Source: a virus
Lineage: Duplodnaviria > Caudoviricetes
Virus record (IMG/VR): IMGVR_UViG_3300044703_000050
Location: 1-57,725 of that record
Strand: one strand, 5' to 3'
DNA length: 57,725 nt
Below are positions 44,595-53,528 of the stretch, one piece after another (positions within the stretch are counted from its first letter, which is position 1; every line of letters starts with the position of its first letter). Under the pieces are notes generated by a model that searched no databases, was not told where the DNA came from, and worked only from the letters and a program-made list of their open reading frames with translations. A program made the translations under genes and the position numbers.

Positions 44595-45997
44595 AATTAC
44601 AAATGACGCCGCGTTTCCCCGCAATCGTGCAGGCCGCCAACGGCGACAAGGTGGTGCGCGCGAACGGCGCCTACACGTTCGGGCCGGCTTACGACCAACT
44701 CACCGCGCTCGGCAGCCTGACCGATCTGCCGAACACGGTGTTTCGTTCCTACAATCTAGCGACCGGGCTCTATCGCAGCCTCACGGCGCAGCAGCTCGCT
44801 TCGGCAATCGGGTTGCCAATCACCTCGGGCGTGCGATCCCGCCTCCTCGCCGATATCAACTTCTACGTCCGCCCTGACGGCAGCGACGCCAATACCGGCC
44901 TCGCCAACACATCTGGGGGCGCCTTTCGGACAATCCAAAAGGCGATTGATACTGCGTTCGCATCACTCGACTGGAGCGGGTTCAACGTCTACGTCAATGT
45001 AGCTGCCGGGACCTTTACGGACCCCGTGATCGTCACCGGCAAGGCCGTCGGCCAATACGGCGGCGGCACGCTTATGATCATCGGTGATCAGACCACGCCT
45101 GCAAATTGCATCGTCAGCACGACGGCAGCAGATGCGTTTACAATTACCAAGGGCGCCGCGGTCACAATCGCAGGGTTCAAGGTCCAGACAGCGATATCCG
45201 GCAATTGCGTCAAGTGCCTTTTCAAAAGCCGGCTGACGCTCGGCGCGATGGAATATGGAGCGTGCGCCGGTTACCACATCCAGACGGCTTACCAGTCATT
45301 CACGGAGACAATTGCATCATATAAGATATCAGGCGCCGCCGCCGCCCACTTTTACACCGTGCTGAGTTCTGTTCTTGAGGTGGTTGGGATCACCATCACG
45401 CTGACTGGGACGCCTTCGTTTTCGACCGCGTTTTTGGTCGGGGCGGTGAACTCATACTCTCATCTCGTTAGCGTGACGTTCAGCGGGTCAGCGACGGGCC
45501 AGCGCTTCTACATGTACATGAACGCCGTCTACAGCGACGGAAGTACACACGGATACGACTACCTTCCCGGTAATGCCGATGGTGTGACGTTTGGCGGGGC
45601 GGTATACAACAACGATTACGAATACGTCGGCTGGCAGTCGTGGTCTCCGACCATTGCCACGGTCAGCGGAACGGCCGCAACCGCTTCCGGCCAATATAAA
45701 ACACATGGTCGAGATTTTGAGTTTTCAATCACGGCAGTGGTGGGTTCAATTGGAGCATCGCCCAGCATTGCAATACCAATGCCTACCGTGAACAATTCTT
45801 ACAATGCTGCGGGTATTGGAAGCCCTTCGGGGAACAACGCGTTTAGAGCGATGGACATCACATCTGCTGATGTCTTGATGACCGCGTTTGCCCTCGAGAG
45901 CAATCCGTTCATCTTTCTCAAGCCACTCGCGGGCGCATCTTTTGCAACGCATGCCTACGTGATCAGCGGGAAGATGCCGCTCAACGCCTATCCATGA
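44591..45997 (+). CDS. Tail fibre / tailspike (receptor-binding) protein
   Basis: FYVRPDGSDANTGL...AFRTIQKAID start of a beta-helix; visibly lower-GC 3' half. Confidence 0.8.
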   Translation: MKLQMTPRFPAIVQAANGDKVVRANGAYTFGPAYDQLTALGSLTDLPNTVFRSYNLATGLYRSLTAQQLASAIGLPITSGVRSRLLADINFYVRPDGSDANTGLANTSGGAFRTIQKAIDTAFASLDWSGFNVYVNVAAGTFTDPVIVTGKAVGQYGGGTLMIIGDQTTPANCIVSTTAADAFTITKGAAVTIAGFKVQTAISGNCVKCLFKSRLTLGAMEYGACAGYHIQTAYQSFTETIASYKISGAAAAHFYTVLSSVLEVVGITITLTGTPSFSTAFLVGAVNSYSHLVSVTFSGSATGQRFYMYMNAVYSDGSTHGYDYLPGNADGVTFGGAVYNNDYEYVGWQSWSPTIATVSGTAATASGQYKTHGRDFEFSITAVVGSIGASPSIAIPMPTVNNSYNAAGIGSPSGNNAFRAMDITSADVLMTAFALESNPFIFLKPLAGASFATHAYVISGKMPLNAYP

Positions 45998-46422
45998 TGC
46001 GCGCGCCTGTCCGGCAAGCGGGCCTCGTGACGCGCGCACCAATCTTCGCCGCCATCGCGGCGCTATCCACCATTGCGGCCGCGAGCGCGCGCGACGCCGG
46101 CCAGTGGAGCGACCAACCGCCCGCCGTGCGCGAATGGTTCCGTGGGCTGATGCAGCCGGACCAACCACATGTATCCTGCTGCGGCGAATCCGACGCCTAT
46201 GAGGCGGACAGCTTCGAGGTCGAGGGCGACCACTACGTCGCGATCATCACCGACGGCAGCGGCGATCCCGAGCACGGCAAGCGCGAGATCCCGAACGGCA
46301 CGCGAATTACGGTGCCAAACCACAAGATGAAATGGGACGCCGGCAATCCGACCGGGCACGGCGTGATCTTCATCGGGCCGCAGGGCCAGGTCTTCTGCTT
46401 CGTCACTCCAGGCGGCGTCTGA
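45994..46422 (+). CDS. Secreted Cys-containing phage protein
   Basis: Signal peptide; SCCGESD; NPTGHGVIF; VFCFVTPGG. Confidence 0.75.
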   Translation: MMRAPVRQAGLVTRAPIFAAIAALSTIAAASARDAGQWSDQPPAVREWFRGLMQPDQPHVSCCGESDAYEADSFEVEGDHYVAIITDGSGDPEHGKREIPNGTRITVPNHKMKWDAGNPTGHGVIFIGPQGQVFCFVTPGGV

Positions 46423-46449
46423 GCTCGCCCTTTCCAAGGAAAAATCCCT

Positions 46450-47301
46450 GTGAAGCATCCCTTCGGCGCACTCGCGCCCGAATACGATTCGCTATTGCGC
46501 ACGGTCACGGTGCGGCCGGAGCGCGCGAAGGCAATCGACCAGGTGGCGCGCAAGCTGCTGTCCTATCGCGGACGCTACCAGCAGGTCGCCGACGCCACGC
46601 GCGTGCCGGTGATCGTGCTGGCGACCCTGCACGAGCGCGAATCGAGTGCCGATTTCCGCACCAACCTGGCGCAGGGTGATCCGCTCACGCGGCCGTCGAC
46701 GCACGTCCCGGCCGGGCGGCCGAAACTCAAGCCCGGCATCAGCTTCCCGGTGAGCTGGGAATACGCCGCGGTCGACGCCATCGAATATGACCACCTCAAC
46801 GACGCCTCGGCGCCGTGGTCGATGGTCTATGCCTGCTGGAAGGGCGAGGCCTGGAACGGCTTCGGTCCCCGCAACCACGGCATCCACACCGGCTATCTGT
46901 GGGGCGGCACCCAGCACTACGCGCGCGGCAAGTACGTCGCCGACGGGATCTGGGATGCAAACCACGTCGACACCCAGCTCGGCATCGTGCCGGTGATGTT
47001 GCGCATGGTGGCCCTCGCTCCGGAGCTCGCGCTCGTCGCGGCACCGGCGATCGCCGGTGCCGCTGAAAGTGCGCCGCAATCGGTGCCGGTCGGCGTCGGC
47101 GGCGGTGAGCGCGACGCCGCGTGGATCCAGCGCAGGCTCAACGCACTGGGCCAGGCCCCGCCGCTCCTCGAGGACGGCAGCTACGGCCGCCGCACGCGCG
47201 AGGCGGTGCGCTGGTTCCAGGCGACGCACGGGCTCGGCGCCGACGGCCTCGCCGGGCCGCTCACGGTCGCGGCGCTGGAGCGGGGCGAGGTGGGCGCATG
47301 A
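46450..47301 (+). CDS. Endolysin (lysozyme-family) with C-terminal peptidoglycan-binding domain
   Basis: LHERES, LAQGDP, EAWNGFG, GKYVADG, DTQLG; DGSYGRRTREAVRWFQATHGLGADGLAGPLT. Confidence 0.9.
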   Translation: MKHPFGALAPEYDSLLRTVTVRPERAKAIDQVARKLLSYRGRYQQVADATRVPVIVLATLHERESSADFRTNLAQGDPLTRPSTHVPAGRPKLKPGISFPVSWEYAAVDAIEYDHLNDASAPWSMVYACWKGEAWNGFGPRNHGIHTGYLWGGTQHYARGKYVADGIWDANHVDTQLGIVPVMLRMVALAPELALVAAPAIAGAAESAPQSVPVGVGGGERDAAWIQRRLNALGQAPPLLEDGSYGRRTREAVRWFQATHGLGADGLAGPLTVAALERGEVGA

Positions 47302-48167
47302 CCATGGCGCTGGTCCGCAGCCGCGGCGGCTACTATCTCGATTTTGCGATTGCGCCGACGCTGGTCGCGGTCGCGGCTGCGACCGAGCAGCTTAGCCGCG
47401 GCATAGGCCTTGCGTGGCTTGCCGCCATGCTGGCGGGAGCGCTCGCGTGGACGCTCGCCGAATATCTCATCCACCGCGTTTTCCTGCACCGCCTGTGCCG
47501 TGCGCTGCACGCCGAGCATCATCGCGTGCCGGCGGCCTATGTCGGACCATCGAGCTTCTTCACCGTGGCCGTGGTCGGCGTGCTGCTGGTCCTCCTGGTG
47601 GCGCTCATGGGGCAGACCGTCGGTGGCGGCGCCTGGGCCGGGATCCTGCTCGGCTATTTCTCCTACATCGTCATGCACGACGCGCTGCACCGCCGGCGTA
47701 TTCCGCGCGGCCATTGGCTCCGACCCGCCTTCGACCGCCACATGCTGCATCATCGCGGCATCGAGCGGAATTTCGGGGTGACGACGGCGCTCTGGGACCG
47801 CATGTTCGGTACCGCCGGCACGGTCGCGCCGGCGGAAGTGGAGCCCGGCGAGATGGACTTTCCCTTCACCACGGACGGCTGCTCGGGCGGCATGACGGCG
47901 CTGTGGCGCGTCGTCTACCGCCGTGATCCGCCCTGGAACGACCTGTGCGTCGAGCACGACAAGGCCTACTGGGCCGGCGGCTCGGTTGCCGATCGGAGAC
48001 AAGCGGACCGCGTCCTGATGGCCGGCGTCACGCTCAATGGTCATCCGGTCTTTGCCTTCCTCATGTGGTGTGCCGTGCGTATCGGCGGGCATCCCTTGCT
48101 GCCGTTGCCCTGGCGCTGGAGCTACGGCTGGACCTATCCGAAAAATTACGCCTCGCACCAAGGGTGA
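47298..48167 (+). CDS. Fatty-acid hydroxylase / sterol desaturase fused to a DGCS...HD (PLA2-like) domain
   Basis: EYLIHRVFLH, HAEHH, HDALH, HMLHH, NFGVTTALWDRMFGT; then FTTDGCSGG...CVEHDKAYWAGG. Confidence 0.8.
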   Translation: MTMALVRSRGGYYLDFAIAPTLVAVAAATEQLSRGIGLAWLAAMLAGALAWTLAEYLIHRVFLHRLCRALHAEHHRVPAAYVGPSSFFTVAVVGVLLVLLVALMGQTVGGGAWAGILLGYFSYIVMHDALHRRRIPRGHWLRPAFDRHMLHHRGIERNFGVTTALWDRMFGTAGTVAPAEVEPGEMDFPFTTDGCSGGMTALWRVVYRRDPPWNDLCVEHDKAYWAGGSVADRRQADRVLMAGVTLNGHPVFAFLMWCAVRIGGHPLLPLPWRWSYGWTYPKNYASHQG

Positions 48168-48171
48168 GCTG

Positions 48172-48417
48172 ATGAACAAGCGCATTGATGGGCCCGTCAT
48201 CATCTCGGTGATCGTGGTGACCGGGTTTTTCGCCATTCTGGTGCTCTGGCTCGTCACCAAGGCCTCCTCGGTACCGCCGAGTGAAGGGCTCTCCATCATG
48301 CTCGGTGCCATGGCGTCGGCGTTCACCACCGTGGTCGGCTACTGGATGGGCTCGTCGGCCGGCTCGAAGAACAAGGACGCGGCGATCGCGGCGATGGTCG
48401 AGACCAAGGCGCCATGA
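48172..48417 (+). CDS. Holin-like two-TM protein
   Basis: Two hydrophobic helices; VVGYWMGSSAGSKNKD. Confidence 0.75.
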   Translation: MNKRIDGPVIISVIVVTGFFAILVLWLVTKASSVPPSEGLSIMLGAMASAFTTVVGYWMGSSAGSKNKDAAIAAMVETKAP

Positions 48418-48974
48418 TCGCGCTCCTGACCACGCTCGGCCTCGGCGCGCTGGCGCCGCTCCTGGCCGCCGCCGGCGGCTGGCTGACCGTGATCGGCGGC
48501 CCGGTGGCCGGCGTCGCCGGGCTGCTCTCACGCCGGGTGAGCGGCCCGACCCTCAAGCTCATCCTGGTCGTGGTCGCGGTCCTCGCCGTCATCATCGCGG
48601 TGGTGGGGTTCACGGCGCACTACGAACACCTCAAGGACAAGGCCGCCGACTTCCTGGTGCTGCAGCCGAAGATCGCCGCGCTCGAGCGCGATCTCGGCTG
48701 CGATGGCCGGGACGAGAACGAGCGCGAGCTGTTCACCTGCATCCCGGCGCGCGACCGCGATGCCGCGGAGGCAAAAGCTGCGGCGCTGCGCAAGCTGCAG
48801 GGGGACATGGCGCTGGCGCTGGAATTCGAGCGGCGGCGCGCCGACCAGAACGCTGCCGAGCTCGCCGATGCCAACGCGGCGATCGAGCGCTCGAGCGCTG
48901 CCGACGACGGACCGCTGCCGAAGGTGATGCGCGACAACTGGGCGCGCGAGCGGGCGCGTCGGGGGCTGAAATGA
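48414..48974 (+). CDS. i-spanin (Rz-like)
   Basis: N-terminal TM segments plus coiled coil; lysis-cassette position. Confidence 0.65.
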   Translation: MIALLTTLGLGALAPLLAAAGGWLTVIGGPVAGVAGLLSRRVSGPTLKLILVVVAVLAVIIAVVGFTAHYEHLKDKAADFLVLQPKIAALERDLGCDGRDENERELFTCIPARDRDAAEAKAAALRKLQGDMALALEFERRRADQNAAELADANAAIERSSAADDGPLPKVMRDNWARERARRGLK

Positions 48975-49264
48975 TCCGCACCATGGTGGCGATCGCGCTC
49001 ATGTCCGTTCTCGCCGGCTGCGCCTTGGCGTCGAAGCCGGCGCCGATCGGCGTCTCGATCGACGGCCCGAAATTCCCGCGCTCGCAGTTCGACTGCGGTA
49101 GCCGCCCGCTGCCGCCGGATCCCGCGACCGCCACCGGCAAGACCGCGGCGCTCCATGAAAACCGGCTCGGCAGCTGGGGTGAGGGCTGCCAGGGCAGGCT
49201 GCAGAGCACCGGATTGGCGCTCGAGGCGGCCGGACAGCTGATCGACGGAGGCAAGGTGCCATGA
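48971..49264 (+). CDS. o-spanin (Rz1-like lipoprotein)
   Basis: LAGC lipobox, Pro-rich, two further Cys. Confidence 0.7.
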   Translation: MIRTMVAIALMSVLAGCALASKPAPIGVSIDGPKFPRSQFDCGSRPLPPDPATATGKTAALHENRLGSWGEGCQGRLQSTGLALEAAGQLIDGGKVP

Positions 49265-49569
49265 CCGACCCATCGCTCAACCTCGATACCATCCTCAAGC
49301 TGATCGAGATCGTCAGCGTGATCGGCGGGGGCGGCGTGGTGGCATTCCGGCTGGGGCGCGTGACGACGCAATTCGAGGCCGGCATGTCGCAGCAGGCCAA
49401 GGAGATCGCCGAGCTCAAGGGCGACGTGAAGGCCGTCAACAAGCTGATCACCGACATGGCGCTGCAGAGCCAGCGCATGGATGCCCTCGACAAGCGCCTC
49501 GACGAGCTCGCCCACGGCCGCGGGTTCATCGACGTCGCCGTGAAGCGTCCAGTTCGCGCGGCAAAGTAA
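49261..49569 (+). CDS. Single-TM coiled-coil protein
   Basis: TM helix followed by a coiled coil; HGRGF C-terminus. Confidence 0.7.
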   Translation: MTDPSLNLDTILKLIEIVSVIGGGGVVAFRLGRVTTQFEAGMSQQAKEIAELKGDVKAVNKLITDMALQSQRMDALDKRLDELAHGRGFIDVAVKRPVRAAK

Positions 49570-49859
49570 ACTGCTGGCGCCGACGTCCATGACGCTCCTC
49601 CCGGACGGGAGGAATTCCTAGAGCGAGTCGCTCGATCGATTCCCGGCGCACGCGCCTGTTAGTCACAGGTCTTCGAGCGTGGCGGAGATCAAGGATATTC
49701 TGCGGCAGCGGCCCGCGGCTCGTTAAGGTTGCGGGAGTGGAATGTGCCACAGAACCAGGAGTGCCGTCACAGTGAAAGGTGAAGCGATGCTCCACTACGT
49801 CCGAACGGAAGGCAGCACCAACAACTCCCTGTCATCATTGATTTCTATGCTGGCGCTGT

Positions 49860-50663
49860 TCACGCGAGAAACTCCACGTTCGGCGCCGCGCCCTCGACAG
49901 CGGTCAAAGAAGAAAACTGCTTCACGGGTGGCAGGTGCAATAGCTTCATAAGCTTGACCATCGCCGCGCGATACGTGGCGGGGCTTCTATGTTCCCCGGC
50001 CTTCACCCAAGCCTTGATCTGATCGGCGGTGCGCGCGAAGCCTGGAAGCGCCTTGTAGCCCCACATTTTTGTTTCTTGGGCGAGCCGAGCAGCGGCATCG
50101 TCACCGTGCTGGATGGAAATGTAATTATTTAGATACTCGAATGCCCACCAGCTCCAGGGCCACCATTCGAGGTCTCTAATGATTTCCTTTCCCTTGTACG
50201 ACTTGAATTCTTTCTTATAGTTCGCGACCACGCTCCGCTTATTTTGAAACTGGTTTAGGGGCAGGCCTGCGCGAAGAAAGTCGTTCACGAAAATGTCGTG
50301 CTGGACGACGTTGACGAGCTTCCCGAGAACATTGTCGATATAGGGGATATTCGCCTGGTGGGCGGATGACAATTCGAGACTGTTGATTAGCGCGAAGCCG
50401 CGAATGGGAAGGCTTAGGTGCAACAGTTCATGCATCGCCGCAGCTTCTACCCGATCGCTGCCCATGTTCAGCTTGATGGTTGCGCCCTGGAAACGCGCCG
50501 ACGCCCCGCCATCATCGATGCTAAATTTGCTGACACCGTCGAGATTGACGAAGCCCTCCACAAAAAACATCGGCCCGTAAAAGGCGCGGACCTCGCCCAA
50601 TAATTCTTGACCGGCTGGGAAGTCGGCAAAGATTTCGTCGAGGTTGGGAATCGGGTCGGGCAC
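49860..50663 (-). CDS. Moron-like protein with HExxH motif (putative zinc metallopeptidase)
   Basis: AAMHELLHL; visibly lower GC; GGAGG before GTG. Confidence 0.7.
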   Translation of the reverse strand: MPDPIPNLDEIFADFPAGQELLGEVRAFYGPMFFVEGFVNLDGVSKFSIDDGGASARFQGATIKLNMGSDRVEAAAMHELLHLSLPIRGFALINSLELSSAHQANIPYIDNVLGKLVNVVQHDIFVNDFLRAGLPLNQFQNKRSVVANYKKEFKSYKGKEIIRDLEWWPWSWWAFEYLNNYISIQHGDDAAARLAQETKMWGYKALPGFARTADQIKAWVKAGEHRSPATYRAAMVKLMKLLHLPPVKQFSSLTAVEGAAPNVEFLA

Positions 50664-50771
50664 GGCTGCCTCCCACGAAGGAAGTGGGATTCAGCGCATT
50701 CTGTTAGGAGAGTCGAGTCGGGCTGTGGATGGTCCGCGTGGAGGCGATCGCGGCTTGCGACCGCCTCTGAT

Positions 50772-51047
50772 TTAACGCGCCTGCTGTCGCCAATCGCGCA
50801 ACGGTTTCTCGGGCAGATGCGGCATCCCCTCGATCTCGCGCAGCGCTTCGAGCTCCGCCGAGGTCAGATGGCCCAGGCACCCCAGCTTCTCCTGGGTCAC
50901 GAAGGTGACGCCTTCGCATTGCCCGACGTGATTCAAATAGACGTAGAGGATGCGCTTGTAGTCCAGCGCGGGTGCTTCCTCGGCAGGCATCACGCACCGC
51001 GCTTCCGCTGGAAGGCCTTCCCGGAGCTTGGTTGGCAGATAGGTCAT
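50772..51047 (-). CDS. Hypothetical protein
   Basis: YLNHVGQCEGVTF; GAGGGG RBS. Confidence 0.6.
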   Translation of the reverse strand: MTYLPTKLREGLPAEARCVMPAEEAPALDYKRILYVYLNHVGQCEGVTFVTQEKLGCLGHLTSAELEALREIEGMPHLPEKPLRDWRQQAR

Positions 51048-51262
51048 TGTCCCCTCGCATCAGGCGGCGCATTGATCGCGGCAATGATCTGATCGGCAAA
51101 CCAGTAGCAGCCGGTTTCGTCATGTGGCATGCCGTCCTCAGCATCCCAGAAGCAGAACGAACACGGCACCGTATCGTCATCGACGGTCGAGGCCGATTCG
51201 CAGCCGCGTGCGATCCGGAGAATTCTGGCGATCCGCGTCTGTAGATCGGCGGTCACGATCAC
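51044..51262 (-). CDS. Hypothetical Cys-containing protein
   Basis: Overlap-coupled on both sides. Confidence 0.55.
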   Translation of the reverse strand: MIVTADLQTRIARILRIARGCESASTVDDDTVPCSFCFWDAEDGMPHDETGCYWFADQIIAAINAPPDARGQ

Positions 51263-51462
51263 CGCTTCTTCCTCGGTGATTCGAGCGCCTGGTCCACCAG
51301 CCGGCGGATGGCCTCGGGGCGGGAGGGGACGTCGGGCTGGGCGTGAGCCCAGGCGTCAATTCGGCCCAATTCGTTGGGAGGGACGCGCAAATGTATCGAT
51401 GTCGCACCGGTGGGCGGCCGGCCTCTTCCTCTTTTTCGCGTACCGGCTATTGACTGCGGCAT
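51259..51462 (-). CDS. Ribbon-helix-helix (CopG-like) regulator
   Basis: KRGRGRPPTG...IHLRVP...IDAW...SRPEAIRRLVDQAL. Confidence 0.85.
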   Translation of the reverse strand: MPQSIAGTRKRGRGRPPTGATSIHLRVPPNELGRIDAWAHAQPDVPSRPEAIRRLVDQALESPRKKR

Positions 51463-51545
51463 TATTTTCACGTACCACAAAAAGGTCGGGCCGCCAAGAT
51501 GTTTGCACCATCTAGACGGCCCTAACCCAAGCCAAGGAGTCCCCC

Positions 51546-51965
51546 ATGGCCCAGGCTAACCACGCACTCAATCTGATTCGCACGCTCGGCGCGCGTCCGA
51601 GCGTGCCCCCATCCACACCGCGGGACCGCGTGCGGCAGAGCACCGCCGTCCTCGCTCACCAGGCACTGCCCGAGCTGATCGCTGCTCTGGCCGCGCTGAC
51701 AATGCCCCGCATCCGGTCCGGCGCGGCAAGCCCTGCCGAGATCGCCGCGCGCAGCGAGCATCTGACCGACGTCCTGGCGGTGGTGTCCCGCTACGTGACA
51801 ACGGTCATCGACGACACCAATGAGCGGGTGGCGCTCGGCACGATCGACTGCCGCTACATCCAGAACTTCTTTGATGACGCGGCCTCGGAGGTGGCCGGGT
51901 TGTTCAGCGTCTGCGCGCAGCGCACGGCGGCGAACCAGGAATACAACGGAGGGTCACTGTCATGA
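51546..51965 (+). CDS. Hypothetical protein
   Basis: AAGGAG RBS; MAQANH N-terminus; divergent from the RHH gene. Confidence 0.65.
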   Translation: MAQANHALNLIRTLGARPSVPPSTPRDRVRQSTAVLAHQALPELIAALAALTMPRIRSGAASPAEIAARSEHLTDVLAVVSRYVTTVIDDTNERVALGTIDCRYIQNFFDDAASEVAGLFSVCAQRTAANQEYNGGSLS

Positions 51966-53170
51966 CGCTCCTGTTCAAACCGGCCGAGGTCACCTCGGCC
52001 TATCTCAAGGCCTCGCTGACCGGCTTTGCCGGCTCCGGCAAGACCAAGACGTCGGCGACCATCATGATTGGCCTCGTCAAGCTGATGCGCGAGTTGCGCC
52101 TGCCGGCGGCCGAGAAGCCGGTCTACTTCCTCGACACCGAAACCGGTTCGGACTGGGTCAAGAAGGATTTCGACGCCGCCGGCATCAAGCTCGCGGTGGC
52201 GAAGACTCGCGCGTTTTCCGACCTGGTGCCGGCCGTCGAGGAGGCGCAGCACAACGGATCAGGGCTGATCGTCGACAGCGCCACGCATTTCTGGAAGGAG
52301 CTCTGCGACACCTACCAGCGCGCCAAGGCGCAGGAATACCGTCGCTCCACCTACAAGCTGCAGTTCCAGGACTGGGGCTTCCTCAAGGGCGAATGGGCAC
52401 GCTTCACCGAGGCCTATGTCAACTCGGCGCTGCACATCGCGCTCGCCGGCCGCGCCGCCTATGAGTACGACTATTTCGAGGACGACGACGGCAAGAAGCA
52501 GCTCGAAAAGACCGACGTGAAGATGGCGGCCGAAAAGGACACGGCGTACGAGCCCTCGCTGTCGATCCTGATGGAACGCCACACCGACATGGAAACGATG
52601 AAGGCGTACCGGACCGCGACCATCCTCAAGGACCGGGGTTCCGTCATCGACGGCCAGGTCTTCCGCGACCCGACCTTCGAACACTTCATGCCGCACATCC
52701 AACTGCTCAATCTCGGCGGCAAGCACCTCGGCGTTGACGCCAGCCGCAACAGCGCCTTGCTGATGCCGGCTGCTGACAAACGCGACGACAACGCCCGCCA
52801 GCGCCGCATCGTGCTCGACGAGATCACGACGCTGATGACGATCCACTTCCCCGGTCAGACCGCCAAGGAAAAGACCGGCAAGCTCACGATGATGCTCAAG
52901 CACTTCAAGGCGTGCTGGACCGAAATGGAAGAAGTCATGCCGCTGTTCGATCTCCGCGCCGGCTACGAGAGCCTGCACCAGGAGCTCGAGGGCAAGGCGT
53001 CGCGCTACTGCCCGCGCGAGGCGCAGCCGGTGCCGGCGATGAACGACGGCATTCCGGACTTCCTGCGGCGCGAGGATGCCGCGGCCGCGACGCCGGCGGC
53101 CGAGCCGAAGACCAACGGCCACGACGAGCGCGGCTGGGTCAGCGCCTTCCTCGAGCAGGACGCCGCCTAA
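51962..53170 (+). CDS. AAA_24 / Sak4-like recombination ATPase
   Basis: GFAGSGKT, FLDTETGS, LIVDSATHFW, YEPSL, ILKDR. Confidence 0.85.
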   Translation: MTLLFKPAEVTSAYLKASLTGFAGSGKTKTSATIMIGLVKLMRELRLPAAEKPVYFLDTETGSDWVKKDFDAAGIKLAVAKTRAFSDLVPAVEEAQHNGSGLIVDSATHFWKELCDTYQRAKAQEYRRSTYKLQFQDWGFLKGEWARFTEAYVNSALHIALAGRAAYEYDYFEDDDGKKQLEKTDVKMAAEKDTAYEPSLSILMERHTDMETMKAYRTATILKDRGSVIDGQVFRDPTFEHFMPHIQLLNLGGKHLGVDASRNSALLMPAADKRDDNARQRRIVLDEITTLMTIHFPGQTAKEKTGKLTMMLKHFKACWTEMEEVMPLFDLRAGYESLHQELEGKASRYCPREAQPVPAMNDGIPDFLRREDAAAATPAAEPKTNGHDERGWVSAFLEQDAA

Positions 53171-53213
53171 ACGCTATTCCTGGCGCATCGCCAGGCTCTC
53201 TGAGCGACTGTTT

Positions 53214-53249
53214 CCCGCCGCCGGCCTTCGGGTCGGCGGCGGGCTTTTT
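53214..53249 (+). terminator. Rho-independent terminator
   Basis: CCCGCCGCCGGCC-TTCG-GGTCGGCGGCGGG-CTTTTT. Confidence 0.85.
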
Positions 53250-53306
53250 GCGTTTTTAACTCATGCCGCCTACGATTCCGGCCTCACTGCTTCGAGGAGA
53301 TCACCA

Positions 53307-53528
53307 ATGGCCCGACAGATCGTCATGGATCACACCGGCGACTCTCGCCACGAATTTGACGCCGGCGACGCGGTCGCGCTGAAAGCGGCCGAGGAGCGGT
53401 TCAAGGAATTGACCGGGTCGGGCTTCACGGCCGCGAAGCGGACCGGCGACGGCCAGAGCGAGGTCGTGCGGGCCTTCGATCCCATGGCGGAAGAGGTGTT
53501 GTTCTTTCCGCGCCTGCAAGGCGGATGA
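53307..53528 (+). CDS. 73-aa protein ending in Gly-Gly
   Basis: GAGGAG RBS; MARQIVMDHTGDSRH...FFPRLQGG. Confidence 0.8.
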   Translation: MARQIVMDHTGDSRHEFDAGDAVALKAAEERFKELTGSGFTAAKRTGDGQSEVVRAFDPMAEEVLFFPRLQGG

